Positions 19,401 through 29,184 of a DNA stretch of 64,000 nucleotides are shown in pieces. The position numbers and the translations under genes are program-made. The DNA comes from Bacteroidota bacterium (lineage in GTDB: Bacteria; Bacteroidota; Bacteroidia; Flavobacteriales; Flavobacteriaceae), in contig JBNJKO010000009.1 of assembly GCA_051751125.1 (NCBI GenBank), positions 62,211-126,210 of the forward strand, read 5' to 3'. The notes under the pieces are model-generated. The model was not told the origin of the DNA, did not search any database, and saw only the letters and a program-made list of their open reading frames with translations. The stretch's first letter is position 1; each line of letters opens with the position of its first letter.

Positions 19401-20564
19401 ATGAAAAAAATAATAACGCTATTGTTTATAAGCCTGTTGGTAATTTCCTGTGGAAATTCAGAAGAAAGATCCGTAGAGGAAATTGTAAAAACCGATGATC
19501 TCGCGGCTATAAAAAACAAAAAGATGGAATTAAGCAAGCAGCAAAGCGAACTTACTGCCAAAATAGACCAATTGGATGCTGCTATAGACAAACTGGATCC
19601 AAACAAAAATTTAGCATTGATTCGCACAGCTATTGTAAATGATACTGTCTTTAACCATTATACAGAGGTTCAGGGTGATGTAGCCACAAAGGAAAACATC
19701 CTTATTTATCCTGAATATTCAGGCCTGCTCACCAGGGTTTATGTGAAAGAAGGCGATAGGGTTACAAAAGGCCAGGTCCTTGCAAAGATTGATGATGGCG
19801 GCCTTTCCAGTCAGCTGGCGCAAATCGAGGCTCAGGCTTCCTTAGCCAAAACTACTTTTGAACGTCAAAAAAGGTTATGGGAACAGAATATTGGATCGGA
19901 AATTCAATATCTGGAAGCTAAAACAACCTATGAAGCCACCCAGAATTCAGTAAAGCAACTGCGGTCTCAATTGGGAAAAACCACAGTGAGAGCCCCTTTT
20001 AGCGGAGTGATTGATAAAGTGATCACAGATCAGGGTCAGGTAGTTACTCCCGGACAAAATCAATTGTTTAGACTGGTAAATCTTGACAATATGTACGTTC
20101 AGGCTTCGGTTCCTGAAAATTATTTGAGCCAGATACAAACCGGAACTTCTGTAATTGTTGAAATTGGCGCAATTGGAAAACAGTTTGAAGGAAAAGTGAG
20201 ACAGGTAGGGAATTTTATAAATCCAAACAACAGAACATTTCAAGTAGAAGTGGCAATCCCAAATGAAGGAGGTCTGGTAAAACCAAACTTGATTGCAACC
20301 GTAAAACTGAATGATTATTCTGCAGAAAATGCAGTGGTCATTCCGGAGAATGTCATTCAGAAAAACTCGATGGGAGAGAGTTTGGTCTATATTCTTGAAC
20401 CTGACAGTGACTCAACCGGAGTAGCCAAAAGAGTAAGCGTAGAAACCGGATATTCCTATGGAGCATCTGTAGAAGTACTTGAGGGCTTAAAGCCTGGAGA
20501 TCTTTTAATCACTGAAGGTGGTAAGAATTTACGTGATCAGCAAAAAGTTAAAATAAAAAATTAA
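19401..20564 (+). CDS. RND efflux periplasmic adaptor (MFP) lipoprotein; start moved from the track's 19347 to the ATG at 19401
   Basis: Lipobox LVISC, VKEGDRVTKGQVL, TVRAPFSGVI and GLKPGDLLIT. Confidence 0.9.
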   Translation: MKKIITLLFISLLVISCGNSEERSVEEIVKTDDLAAIKNKKMELSKQQSELTAKIDQLDAAIDKLDPNKNLALIRTAIVNDTVFNHYTEVQGDVATKENILIYPEYSGLLTRVYVKEGDRVTKGQVLAKIDDGGLSSQLAQIEAQASLAKTTFERQKRLWEQNIGSEIQYLEAKTTYEATQNSVKQLRSQLGKTTVRAPFSGVIDKVITDQGQVVTPGQNQLFRLVNLDNMYVQASVPENYLSQIQTGTSVIVEIGAIGKQFEGKVRQVGNFINPNNRTFQVEVAIPNEGGLVKPNLIATVKLNDYSAENAVVIPENVIQKNSMGESLVYILEPDSDSTGVAKRVSVETGYSYGASVEVLEGLKPGDLLITEGGKNLRDQQKVKIKN

Positions 20565-20584
20565 GCAGCTCCATTTCATTTCCT

Positions 20585-23500
20585 ATGAGTAACAAGATAG
20601 ACAAAGAATTTAGTATTGCATCCTGGGCCATAGATAACAGGATGACGGTTTACGTGATTATTGCTATAGTAATGGTTGGAGGGTTGCTTTCCTATTACAG
20701 CATGCCGCGGGAATCCTTTCCTGAGATTATAGAAACAAAAATATATGTAAGTTCTGTTAACCCTGGAAACTCTGCAGAAGATGTAGAGAAATTTATTACG
20801 GAACCTTTAGAACAGGAATTCAATAATGTGGCGGGAATAAAGGAGATAACCTCTACCACTTTTCAGGATTATTCCATGGTTATTGTTGAGTTTGATGATG
20901 AAATTGGAGTAGACATTGCCAAGCAAAAGATTAAGGATAAGGTGGATCTTGTAAAAGCAGAAACTACCTGGCCTACAATGGATAACGGAGCCAAGGTAGA
21001 ACCCAATGTTTTTGACCTAAATCTTTCAGAAGAAATGCCCATATTGAATATCAATCTTACGGGAGATTATACCGTTCAGCAATTAAAAGAATATGCTGAA
21101 TATCTTCAGGATAGGATCGAAATTTTTCCTGAAATAAAAGAAGCTACCATTCGTGGAGCTGAGGAAATGGAAGTGGAAATTGCATTAGACCCCTATAAAA
21201 TGTCTGCCTCCAAGGTGAGCTTTACCGATGTGGTGAATGCGGTTAGTTCAGAGAACCGCACCATTTCAGGAGGAAATATCATCTCCAACAATTTCCAGAA
21301 AAACATCAGGATTATTGGAGAAGTAGAAGATCCAAAAGAACTTAACAATGTAGTTGTGAAACGCGACGGCGGAACCATTTTCCTAAAAGATATCGCAATG
21401 GTACGATTTCAGGAAAAGGATCCCACAACCTTTGCAAGGGAATATGGGGAGCCTGTTGTTATGCTGGATGTGAAAAAACGCAGCGGAAGCAATATGATCG
21501 AAGCTGTAGATAAGATCAAAGAAGTAATCGCAGCAGAACAGGAAACCTACTTCCCGGAAAATCTTCAAATTTCACTTACCAATGATCAATCTACCAAAAC
21601 CAAGAGTCAGGTAGACGATCTGGTAAACAACATTATCTTCGGGGTAATACTTGTGGTGGTGGTATTAATGTTTTTTCTTGGATTCAGAAATGCATTATTC
21701 GTTGGCTTTGCTATCCCTCTTTCCATGTTTTTATCGTTTATAATCCTTTCCAGCCTTGGTTTTACACTTAATACAATGGTGCTTTTTGCACTGGTAATGG
21801 GACTGGGAATGCTGGTAGATAATGGAATTGTGGTGGTAGAAAATGTTTATTCCCTTATGGACCAGGGAATGCCACGAGTGAAAGCAGCAAAACAGGGAGT
21901 TGGTGAGATTGCCTGGCCAATAATTGCTTCTACAGCCACTACCTTGGCCGCATTTTTTCCTTTGGGATTATGGCCTGGAACCATCGGGAAATTTATGGTT
22001 ATTTTCCCAATGACCCTTTCAATCGTGCTGGGCTCTTCCTTATTTGTTGCACTTATCATCAATTCTATGCTAACCTCCAGGTTTATGAAAACCGAGGAAA
22101 AGGAATTCACAAAACGAAAGCTTATCCGTTTCAGCTTAATCCTTGGCATACTTGGATTGATCTTTTTAATTAGCGGATTTATAATAGATGCCGGTGGTCT
22201 GAGAGCAATTGGAAACCTAATGATTTTTGGAGCGATTATGCTTTGGATTTACAAATATGTGCTTTCACAAGGGGTAGATTACTTCCAGTATAAAGCATTG
22301 AAAAAACTTGAGAATAGCTATGAGCGATTTTTAAAATTCGCTCTTCGGAGAAAGAAGGCCTATATTTTCTTCTTCGGCACCTTGCTGTTATTGATATTTT
22401 CGTTTGTTTTGGTTGGTTTGGTACAACCAAATGTTTTATTTTTTCCTGAAAATCAGCCAAACCAGATCATCACTTATATTGAATACCCGGAAGGAACCGA
22501 CATTGAAAAAACCAATGAGCTTACCAAAGAGGTAGAGGAAAGGATTTTTGAGGTAATCAAGAAGTATGAAGATGAAAACGGCTATAATTATATGGTAGAA
22601 TCTGCGATTTCGCAGGTTGGTCTGGGGGCTGGAAACCCACAAACCGATGGAGGCCAGCAAAACGACATCCCGCATAAAGGAAAAGTAACCTTATCGATGC
22701 GGGAATTTAATGAGCGCCGTGGAGTAAAGAGCAGCACGGTTTTGGCCGAAGTACGGGATGCAGTTCAAGGTTTTCCCGGAGCTTCCATAATTGTTGAAAA
22801 AGATGCTGCAGGCCCACCCTCCGGATATCCTATAAATATCGAATTAAAAGGAGAAGATTATGAACAATTGCTCACTCAGGCGGAACAGGTACGTTCTTTT
22901 ATTCAGGAACTGAATGTTGCCGGAATTGAAGAATTAAAGATCGATGTTAATAAGTCTAAATCGGAGCTTGATGTACGTGTAAACAGACAAAAAGCAGGAC
23001 AGCTTGGAGTTTCTACTTCTGCAGTAGGGCAAACTTTAAGAAGGTCTATTTACGGAGAAGAAGTTTCTACCTATAAGGATGGTGATGATGATTATGAAAT
23101 CAATGTACGCTTTAATGAAGCCACGAGATATGATGAGAACGCACTCTTTAACCAACCTATAACCTTTAGGGATCAAAATACCGGTGAACTGGTCCAGGTG
23201 CCAATTTCCTCGGTTATCGAAACAGAATCCACTTCAGCTTTTAATTCAATAAAAAGAAAAGATTTAAAGCGGGTTATTACTATTTATTCGAACGTGCTTG
23301 AGGGATATAATGGAAATGAAATTGTTGAACAGCTTAAAATTTCATTGAACAATTATGATCTTCCCGCAAATACGAATCTCGCCTTTACAGGAGAACAGGA
23401 AAAACAAGCCGAAAACATGGACTTCCTTCTTAAAGCCTTACTCTTTGCTTTGGGAGGTATATTATTGATCCTGGTTGCGCAGTTCAACTCGGTTTCAAAA

Positions 23501-24064
23501 CCTGTCATTATTTTAATGGCGGTAGTTTTGAGTTTAGCCGGAGTTTTCCTTGGCATGGTCATTTTCCAAATGGATTTTATCATTATCATGACGATGATGG
23601 GAATTATTTCCCTTGCAGGAATCGTGGTGAATAATGCCATTGTACTTATAGATTATACCCAGCTGCTCGTCGATAGGAAAAAAGATGCCCTGGGCTATGA
23701 ACCTGAGGAATTATTAACCCGTGAGGAATATTTCACAGTGATAGTTGCTGGAGGAAAATCAAGGTTACGTCCTGTTTTATTAACCGCAATTACTACAATC
23801 CTGGGGTTGATCCCGCTGGCAGTTGGACTAAATGTGGATTTTTTCAGCCTGTTCACAGATTATGACCCTAAATTATATATTGGGGGAGATAATGTGATTT
23901 TCTGGGGACCATTGGCCTGGACAGTAATCTTTGGATTATTCTTTGCCACTTTCCTTACATTGATCATAGTGCCTGTGATGTTCTATTTGGTGAACAGAAA
24001 TAAGGTTAGCATCCGTAACAAACGAACCGCACGGAAGAGACTCAAGGCTATGAGGCAAGCTTAA
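20585..24064 (+). CDS. RND (AcrB/AcrD/AcrF family) efflux transporter permease
   Basis: GMLVDNGIVVVEN, GIVVNNAIVLID and SRLRPVLLTAITT motifs; 1159 aa. Confidence 0.95.
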   Translation: MSNKIDKEFSIASWAIDNRMTVYVIIAIVMVGGLLSYYSMPRESFPEIIETKIYVSSVNPGNSAEDVEKFITEPLEQEFNNVAGIKEITSTTFQDYSMVIVEFDDEIGVDIAKQKIKDKVDLVKAETTWPTMDNGAKVEPNVFDLNLSEEMPILNINLTGDYTVQQLKEYAEYLQDRIEIFPEIKEATIRGAEEMEVEIALDPYKMSASKVSFTDVVNAVSSENRTISGGNIISNNFQKNIRIIGEVEDPKELNNVVVKRDGGTIFLKDIAMVRFQEKDPTTFAREYGEPVVMLDVKKRSGSNMIEAVDKIKEVIAAEQETYFPENLQISLTNDQSTKTKSQVDDLVNNIIFGVILVVVVLMFFLGFRNALFVGFAIPLSMFLSFIILSSLGFTLNTMVLFALVMGLGMLVDNGIVVVENVYSLMDQGMPRVKAAKQGVGEIAWPIIASTATTLAAFFPLGLWPGTIGKFMVIFPMTLSIVLGSSLFVALIINSMLTSRFMKTEEKEFTKRKLIRFSLILGILGLIFLISGFIIDAGGLRAIGNLMIFGAIMLWIYKYVLSQGVDYFQYKALKKLENSYERFLKFALRRKKAYIFFFGTLLLLIFSFVLVGLVQPNVLFFPENQPNQIITYIEYPEGTDIEKTNELTKEVEERIFEVIKKYEDENGYNYMVESAISQVGLGAGNPQTDGGQQNDIPHKGKVTLSMREFNERRGVKSSTVLAEVRDAVQGFPGASIIVEKDAAGPPSGYPINIELKGEDYEQLLTQAEQVRSFIQELNVAGIEELKIDVNKSKSELDVRVNRQKAGQLGVSTSAVGQTLRRSIYGEEVSTYKDGDDDYEINVRFNEATRYDENALFNQPITFRDQNTGELVQVPISSVIETESTSAFNSIKRKDLKRVITIYSNVLEGYNGNEIVEQLKISLNNYDLPANTNLAFTGEQEKQAENMDFLLKALLFALGGILLILVAQFNSVSKPVIILMAVVLSLAGVFLGMVIFQMDFIIIMTMMGIISLAGIVVNNAIVLIDYTQLLVDRKKDALGYEPEELLTREEYFTVIVAGGKSRLRPVLLTAITTILGLIPLAVGLNVDFFSLFTDYDPKLYIGGDNVIFWGPLAWTVIFGLFFATFLTLIIVPVMFYLVNRNKVSIRNKRTARKRLKAMRQA

Positions 24065-24079
24065 ACTTAGATTTATAAA

Positions 24080-24121
24080 TATAGAAAACCCCGAAACCTA
24101 AAGTCTTCGGGGTTTTCTATA
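24080..24121. terminator. Bidirectional terminator between convergent genes
   Basis: TATAGAAAACCCCGAA...TTCGGGGTTTTCTATA. Confidence 0.85.
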
Positions 24122-24137
24122 TTTATTTAATAAGGAT

Positions 24138-24506
24138 TTAGTTCCTTGTCACCAAAGTACTTTTATAAGCATACTTGGTAACCTCGGCAATACTATTGTT
24201 GTCATAATCCACTTCCGTTAATTGATCTGACGACCAAAAAAACCATTTTCCGGTTTTTTTTCCTTCCTCATAATTTGCCATTGCGACCTTTTTACCATTT
24301 TGGTCATAAGAAATCCATTTTCCATGCAGTTTCCCATCCTTATAAGTCCCTTCCTGACTAACACTACCATCTTCATAATAGAAAGTTCCTTTAATCAAAT
24401 CTCCCTGTTTTTCAAAATCAGGTTTAATTTCCTGCGCTGACAGGGTTACACTAAACAGAAAGGCAACTACCACCAACATTGATTTTATATTTTTCATAGC
24501 TTTCAT
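24138..24506 (-). CDS. Secreted MORN-variant repeat protein (YwqK-like repeats)
   Basis: Signal peptide ...LSAQ, then repeats GTYKDGKLHGKWISY and YEEGKKTGKWFFW. Confidence 0.8.
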   Translation of the reverse strand: MKAMKNIKSMLVVVAFLFSVTLSAQEIKPDFEKQGDLIKGTFYYEDGSVSQEGTYKDGKLHGKWISYDQNGKKVAMANYEEGKKTGKWFFWSSDQLTEVDYDNNSIAEVTKYAYKSTLVTRN

Positions 24507-24542
24507 TTTTTCTTATTATCTTCCTTCTAATATAATAAAAAT

Positions 24543-24582
24543 TTACATTCAAACAACGTTTAGGTAACATTAAGTTAACATT
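24543..24582. promoter_or_regulatory. Four heptamers at 11-bp spacing (TTACATT, CAACGTT, TAACATT, TAACATT)
   Basis: Starts at 24543, 24554, 24565 and 24576, upstream of the MORN-like gene and its -7 variant (TATATTAG, 24527-24534, minus strand). Confidence 0.5.
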
Positions 24583-24685
24583 GTAGCGTGTGAAAATTTT
24601 CTGTAATGTGTCAGCTACGATGTAATAGTCCAAGAATGGACATATTTTTTATCCGGTTTAATCATTAGAAACCACCATAACTTCT

Positions 24686-24693
24686 TACTTTTG
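24686..24693 (+). promoter_or_regulatory. -7 element TACTTTTG for aspS
   Basis: Exact TAnnTTTG match 25 nt before the ATG. Confidence 0.6.
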
Positions 24694-24718
24694 CCTCTCA
24701 AAATTTCAAGAAATCAAT

Positions 24719-26467
24719 ATGTACAGAAGTCATACCTGTGGTGAGTTAAGAACAGAAAATATTGGAGAGGATGTGATCCTTTCGGGTTGGGTCCAGAAGC
24801 TTAGGGACAAAGGATTTATGATGTGGGTAGACCTTAGAGACAGGTATGGAATAACCCAGCTAATTTTTGATGAAGAACGCACTTCCAAAGCACTTATGCA
24901 GCAAGCCTCACAACTTGGGCGTGAATATGTAATACAAATTAAAGGGAAGGTGATTGAACGGGAATCCAAAAACCCGCAACTTCCTACCGGGGATATCGAG
25001 ATTCTTGTTTCGGAATATATTTTGCTTAACGCTTCCAAAACACCTCCTTTTACCATTGAAAATGACACCGATGGCGGAGAAGAACTCCGAATGAAATACC
25101 GTTACCTGGACATTAGGAGAAATCCTGTAAAGGATAGCCTGATGTTTCGCCATAAAGTAGGAATGCAGGTAAGAAATTATCTTTCAAATCAGGGATTCAT
25201 TGAAATTGAAACTCCGTACTTAATTAAATCCACACCTGAAGGGGCACGTGATTTTGTGGTGCCAAGCCGGATGAATGAAGGTCAGTTTTATGCTTTACCT
25301 CAATCTCCTCAAACTTTCAAGCAACTCCTCATGGTTGGCGGAATGGATAAATATTTCCAGATCGTAAAATGTTTCAGGGATGAAGATTTACGGGCAGACC
25401 GTCAGCCGGAATTCACACAAATCGATTGCGAAATGGCTTTTGTGGAGCAGGAAGATATCCTGAACACTTTTGAAGGCCTTACAAAACATTTGCTGAAAGA
25501 AGTTCGCGGATTTGAGATCGATTCTTTTCCCAGAATGACCTATGCAGAAGCGATGCGGAAATATGGAAATGACAAACCCGATATTCGATTCGGGATGGAA
25601 TTTGCAGAATTAAATCATCTTGCCAAAGGCAAAGGCTTTCCAATTTTTGATGATCAGGAATTGGTTGTTGGAATTGCCGTTCCGGGTGCCGGAGCCTATA
25701 CCAGAAAAGAAATAGACAACTTAGTAGCATGGGTGAAGCGGCCTCAAATAGGTGCAAATGGACTTATTTGGGTTAAATACAACGAGGATGGAAGCTTAAA
25801 ATCTTCGGTGGATAAATTTTATTCTCAGGAGGACCTTTTAGGTTGGGCAGAGATATCTGGAGCTAAGGCTGGAGATCTAATACTTGTAATGTCCGGTGAG
25901 ACCAATAAAACCCGAACGCAGTTAAGCGCTCTTAGAATGCACCTGGCAACGGAACTAGGATTGAGAGACCCCAATGTATTCGCACCGCTATGGGTACTGG
26001 ATTTCCCACTTTTGGAATGGGATGAGGAAACCAATCGTTATCACGCCATGCATCACCCGTTTACTTCCCCAAAACCGGAAGACATCATGTTACTGGAAAC
26101 CAATCCGGGAGATGTTAGAGCGAACGCCTATGACCTGGTGCTTAACGGAAATGAGATTGGAGGGGGTTCCATCAGGATCCACGATAAGGCTACTCAGGCA
26201 AAAATGTTCGATTACTTAGGCTTCACTCCTGAGGAAGCAAAGGAACAATTCGGATTTTTGATGAATGCTTTTGAATTTGGAGCACCTCCGCATGGAGGAG
26301 TTGCTTTTGGTTTCGATAGGCTTGTAGCTATATTAGACGGAAAAGAAACCATCCGGGATTATATAGCATTTCCTAAAAACAATAATGGCAGGGATGTTAT
26401 GATTGATGCTCCGGCCAAACTGGATGATGCACAACTCAAGGAGCTTCATCTCGAGGTGAAATTATAA
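24719..26467 (+). CDS. aspS: Aspartate--tRNA ligase
   Basis: [50 protein letters not shown] and [12 protein letters not shown]. Confidence 0.97.
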   Translation: MYRSHTCGELRTENIGEDVILSGWVQKLRDKGFMMWVDLRDRYGITQLIFDEERTSKALMQQASQLGREYVIQIKGKVIERESKNPQLPTGDIEILVSEYILLNASKTPPFTIENDTDGGEELRMKYRYLDIRRNPVKDSLMFRHKVGMQVRNYLSNQGFIEIETPYLIKSTPEGARDFVVPSRMNEGQFYALPQSPQTFKQLLMVGGMDKYFQIVKCFRDEDLRADRQPEFTQIDCEMAFVEQEDILNTFEGLTKHLLKEVRGFEIDSFPRMTYAEAMRKYGNDKPDIRFGMEFAELNHLAKGKGFPIFDDQELVVGIAVPGAGAYTRKEIDNLVAWVKRPQIGANGLIWVKYNEDGSLKSSVDKFYSQEDLLGWAEISGAKAGDLILVMSGETNKTRTQLSALRMHLATELGLRDPNVFAPLWVLDFPLLEWDEETNRYHAMHHPFTSPKPEDIMLLETNPGDVRANAYDLVLNGNEIGGGSIRIHDKATQAKMFDYLGFTPEEAKEQFGFLMNAFEFGAPPHGGVAFGFDRLVAILDGKETIRDYIAFPKNNNGRDVMIDAPAKLDDAQLKELHLEVKL

Positions 26468-26473
26468 AATTTT

Positions 26474-26500
26474 AAATCCTGCTTATAGCAGGATTTTTTA
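26474..26500 (+). terminator. Intrinsic terminator after aspS
   Basis: AAATCCTGCT-TAT-AGCAGGATTT followed by a T-run. Confidence 0.8.
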
Positions 26501-26527
26501 TCTTCACTACTTATAAAAATCCATAGC

Positions 26528-28318
26528 TTGGCTTCAGCAACTAAAAGATTATCAGATAAATTTGCCATCTGGAAAACCCAGCACTTAACAAATCATCAGT
26601 TTTTGATGTTTTTAAGTGCCCTTATTGGTTTCATTGCAGGGCTGGTTGCTGTTACTATAAAAAACCTCACCCACTATATTCAACTACTTCTTGAAGGGGA
26701 ATTTATAATAAATTATCACGTCGCTTTCTATTTTATATTTCCAGTAATAGGACTGGCACTCACTCTGTTTATCATAAAATTTGGATTAAGAAAAAATATT
26801 GGCAACGGAATTCCAACTACGCTGCATGCCATATCCAAACGGAAAGGGATCATGCAGAAATTTCAGATGTACGCCTCCCTGCTTACAGCTCCTATCACTG
26901 TTGGTTTTGGAGGTTCTGTAGGACTCGAGGCTCCAACCGTTGCAACAGGTGCATCTATAAGCTCCAATTTGTCCCGGTTTTTTAAAATGAACCAGGCTTC
27001 ACGAACGCTTCTTATAGGATGTGCTGCTGCAGGAGCTATGTCTGCTCTTTTTAAGGCTCCCATAGCCGCTATCATTTTTGCAATTGAAATTTTCAGTCTT
27101 GACCTTACCCTTATTTCTATGATCCCTCTGCTACTGGCATCAGTTTCAGCTATACTTACAACGTATTTCTTTTCAGGTTCAGATATTATTCTGCATACAC
27201 AGCTCACAGATGAATTTGAGATTCAGCAAGTACCTTTTTATATTCTTCTAGGTGTTATTGCCTCCTTATGTTCTATTTATTTCACCAAAATATACTTCCG
27301 GATAAACAAATTTTTCAACAAGGTTACCTCTTCCTTAAACAGGCTTTTAATTGGAGGGATTTCCCTGGGGGTTCTCATTTTTCTCATACCTCCTCTCTAC
27401 GGTGAAGGTTATGATGTTATAAATAATTTACTCCAGGAAAACTACCTCGCCGCACTGGGAACAAATATTTTTGATGCATATCTCGATAATATCTGGGTGG
27501 TTATTGCGCTACTTGCAGGACTTGTTGTATTTAAAATTATTGCCACCTCGCTTACTATGGGTGCCGGGGGTGTAGGAGGAATTTTCGCTCCTGTACTTTT
27601 TATGGGAAGTGCAATGGGACACTGTTTTGCCTTAATAATAAACAATAGCGGGTTTTTAAAATCCCCACTTTCGGTAAGCAACTTTACAATGGTAGGAATG
27701 GCAGGCTTAATGGCAGGAATTATGCATGCCCCACTAACCGCAATTTTCCTCATTGCAGAGCTCACAAGCGGGTACGATTTATTCGTGCCCCTTATGATAA
27801 CAGCTGCAATTTCATTTATGATCACTTCGCAGTTTCAGCCACATTCGGTTTATACTCTCGATCTGGCTTCACGTGGAGAATTAATTACCCACAATAAGGA
27901 TCAAATGGTATTAACTTTGCTAAATATTAGACAGGTGATAGAAACAAATTTTGTAAGCCTGAATATAGATGCAACTCTTGGAGATATCATTCATAACGGA
28001 GTAATAAAATCCTCCAGAAACTTTTTCCCTGTTTTAGATGAAAATGACCATATTATGGGAATAATTTTACTTGATGATATACGCCCGGTGATGTTCAATC
28101 AATCTTTGTATGACGAGATTAAAGTAAGGGAATTAATGCAGGCTGCCCCTGAAGTTATAGAGCTTAAAAAGGACAGCACCAAGGATATTATGAAAAAATT
28201 TCAGGAAAGCGATGCCTGGAATTTACCGGTGGTGGAAAATGAAAAATATGTTGGATTTATTTCCAAATCAAAATTATTGACAGCCTACCGGCAAAAATTA
28301 ATTGAAGTAACAGTTTAA
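26528..28318 (+). CDS. ClC family chloride channel/antiporter with C-terminal CBS domains (TTG start)
   Basis: GNGIP, GGSVGLEAP and GGIFAP motifs; CBS repeats (FPVLDE, LPVVEN). Confidence 0.92.
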   Translation: MASATKRLSDKFAIWKTQHLTNHQFLMFLSALIGFIAGLVAVTIKNLTHYIQLLLEGEFIINYHVAFYFIFPVIGLALTLFIIKFGLRKNIGNGIPTTLHAISKRKGIMQKFQMYASLLTAPITVGFGGSVGLEAPTVATGASISSNLSRFFKMNQASRTLLIGCAAAGAMSALFKAPIAAIIFAIEIFSLDLTLISMIPLLLASVSAILTTYFFSGSDIILHTQLTDEFEIQQVPFYILLGVIASLCSIYFTKIYFRINKFFNKVTSSLNRLLIGGISLGVLIFLIPPLYGEGYDVINNLLQENYLAALGTNIFDAYLDNIWVVIALLAGLVVFKIIATSLTMGAGGVGGIFAPVLFMGSAMGHCFALIINNSGFLKSPLSVSNFTMVGMAGLMAGIMHAPLTAIFLIAELTSGYDLFVPLMITAAISFMITSQFQPHSVYTLDLASRGELITHNKDQMVLTLLNIRQVIETNFVSLNIDATLGDIIHNGVIKSSRNFFPVLDENDHIMGIILLDDIRPVMFNQSLYDEIKVRELMQAAPEVIELKKDSTKDIMKKFQESDAWNLPVVENEKYVGFISKSKLLTAYRQKLIEVTV

Positions 28319-28424
28319 ATTATGAAATGAGCATAACGGAAACTCGATGGAAACACCAATAGATATACAAAATTACTCCTGATAGCTGTCGGGAAACCAT
28401 TAAAAAAACACTAAATAACTACAT

Positions 28425-28664
28425 ATGAATTTAATATTAAAAATACTTGGTGTATTAATCCTTATTGCCGTTGGCACAGGGTTCTATTTTAGATTGAATG
28501 ACGATGTCCTTTTGGGAGATAAAATTATAGGAGTTGCAGTTTTGGCAAGTGCCTTTATCCTCATGCCTATCTTTTTATATGTACGCTGGAAAGGAAAAAA
28601 ACTGGAAGATTATACCCTGTCAGATAAAAACTTTAAAAAAATGCGCGAGAACGAGAGGAACTAA
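28425..28664 (+). CDS. Small two-TM membrane protein of unknown function
   Basis: 79 aa with two hydrophobic helices and a basic tail; AT-rich leader. Confidence 0.7.
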   Translation: MNLILKILGVLILIAVGTGFYFRLNDDVLLGDKIIGVAVLASAFILMPIFLYVRWKGKKLEDYTLSDKNFKKMRENERN

Positions 28665-28730
28665 CTCATTTATAATCAATAACGTTAAAAATATTTTTTG
28701 TTTTTTCTCTTTCCAATAAATTTAATTATG

Positions 28731-28738
28731 TAAGTTTG
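28731..28738 (+). promoter_or_regulatory. -7 element TAAGTTTG for the cold-shock gene
   Basis: Exact TAnnTTTG match 29 nt before the ATG. Confidence 0.6.
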
Positions 28739-28767
28739 TTCTTTATTAATTATTTATTTTTATTACA

Positions 28768-28965
28768 ATGGAAGGTACAGTTAAATTTTTCAATGAGTCT
28801 AAAGGATATGGATTCATTACCAACGACGACACAGGCAGAGACATCTTTGTACACATTACAGGTCTTGACGGTGAATCTTTAAACGAAGGTGACAAGGTTG
28901 AGTACGTTGAAGAAGAAGGAAGAAAAGGATTAACAGCAGCACAGGTGCGCGTTATCAACGATTAA
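28768..28965 (+). CDS. Cold-shock domain protein (CspA family)
   Basis: RNP1 KGYGFI and RNP2 IFVH; 65 aa. Confidence 0.95.
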   Translation: MEGTVKFFNESKGYGFITNDDTGRDIFVHITGLDGESLNEGDKVEYVEEEGRKGLTAAQVRVIND

Positions 28966-28997
28966 TATATTTAGTATATTTAATTCGAAAACATTAG

Positions 28998-29032
28998 AAA
29001 CCCGGCTAAATTAAATTTAGACGGGTTTTTTT
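28998..29032 (+). terminator. Intrinsic terminator after the csp gene
   Basis: AAACCCG-g-CTAAA...TTTAG-a-CGGGTTTTTTT. Confidence 0.75.
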
Positions 29033-29090
29033 GTGTTTTATAAATGCTTCAGAGGCAAAAAGATAGTCAGAAGAACGGTAATTCATAGGT

Positions 29091-29134
29091 CCTCCCCCTT
29101 TTTTCAAGGAGAGGTGCCAAGAGACGAAGGTGTT
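29091..29134. repeat. Degenerate REP-like hairpin CCTCCCCCTT...AAGGAGAGG
   Basis: CCTC/GAGG and CCTT/AAGG arms in a convergent intergenic region; single copy in the window. Confidence 0.3.
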
Positions 29135-29184
29135 ATTTCAAAACTAAATAATAGCTTAAAAACTTCAGAACTCAATTGCTGTAA

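Noticed and set aside
24138-24506. Toxin-antitoxin (YwqK antitoxin) interpretation
   Set aside because: The protein has a signal peptide and no adjacent toxin gene; only the repeat fold is supported.
28338-28397. Three GGAAAC hexamers resembling the TetR operator half-site
   Set aside because: They are direct rather than inverted and only 6 bp long; likely chance in this composition.
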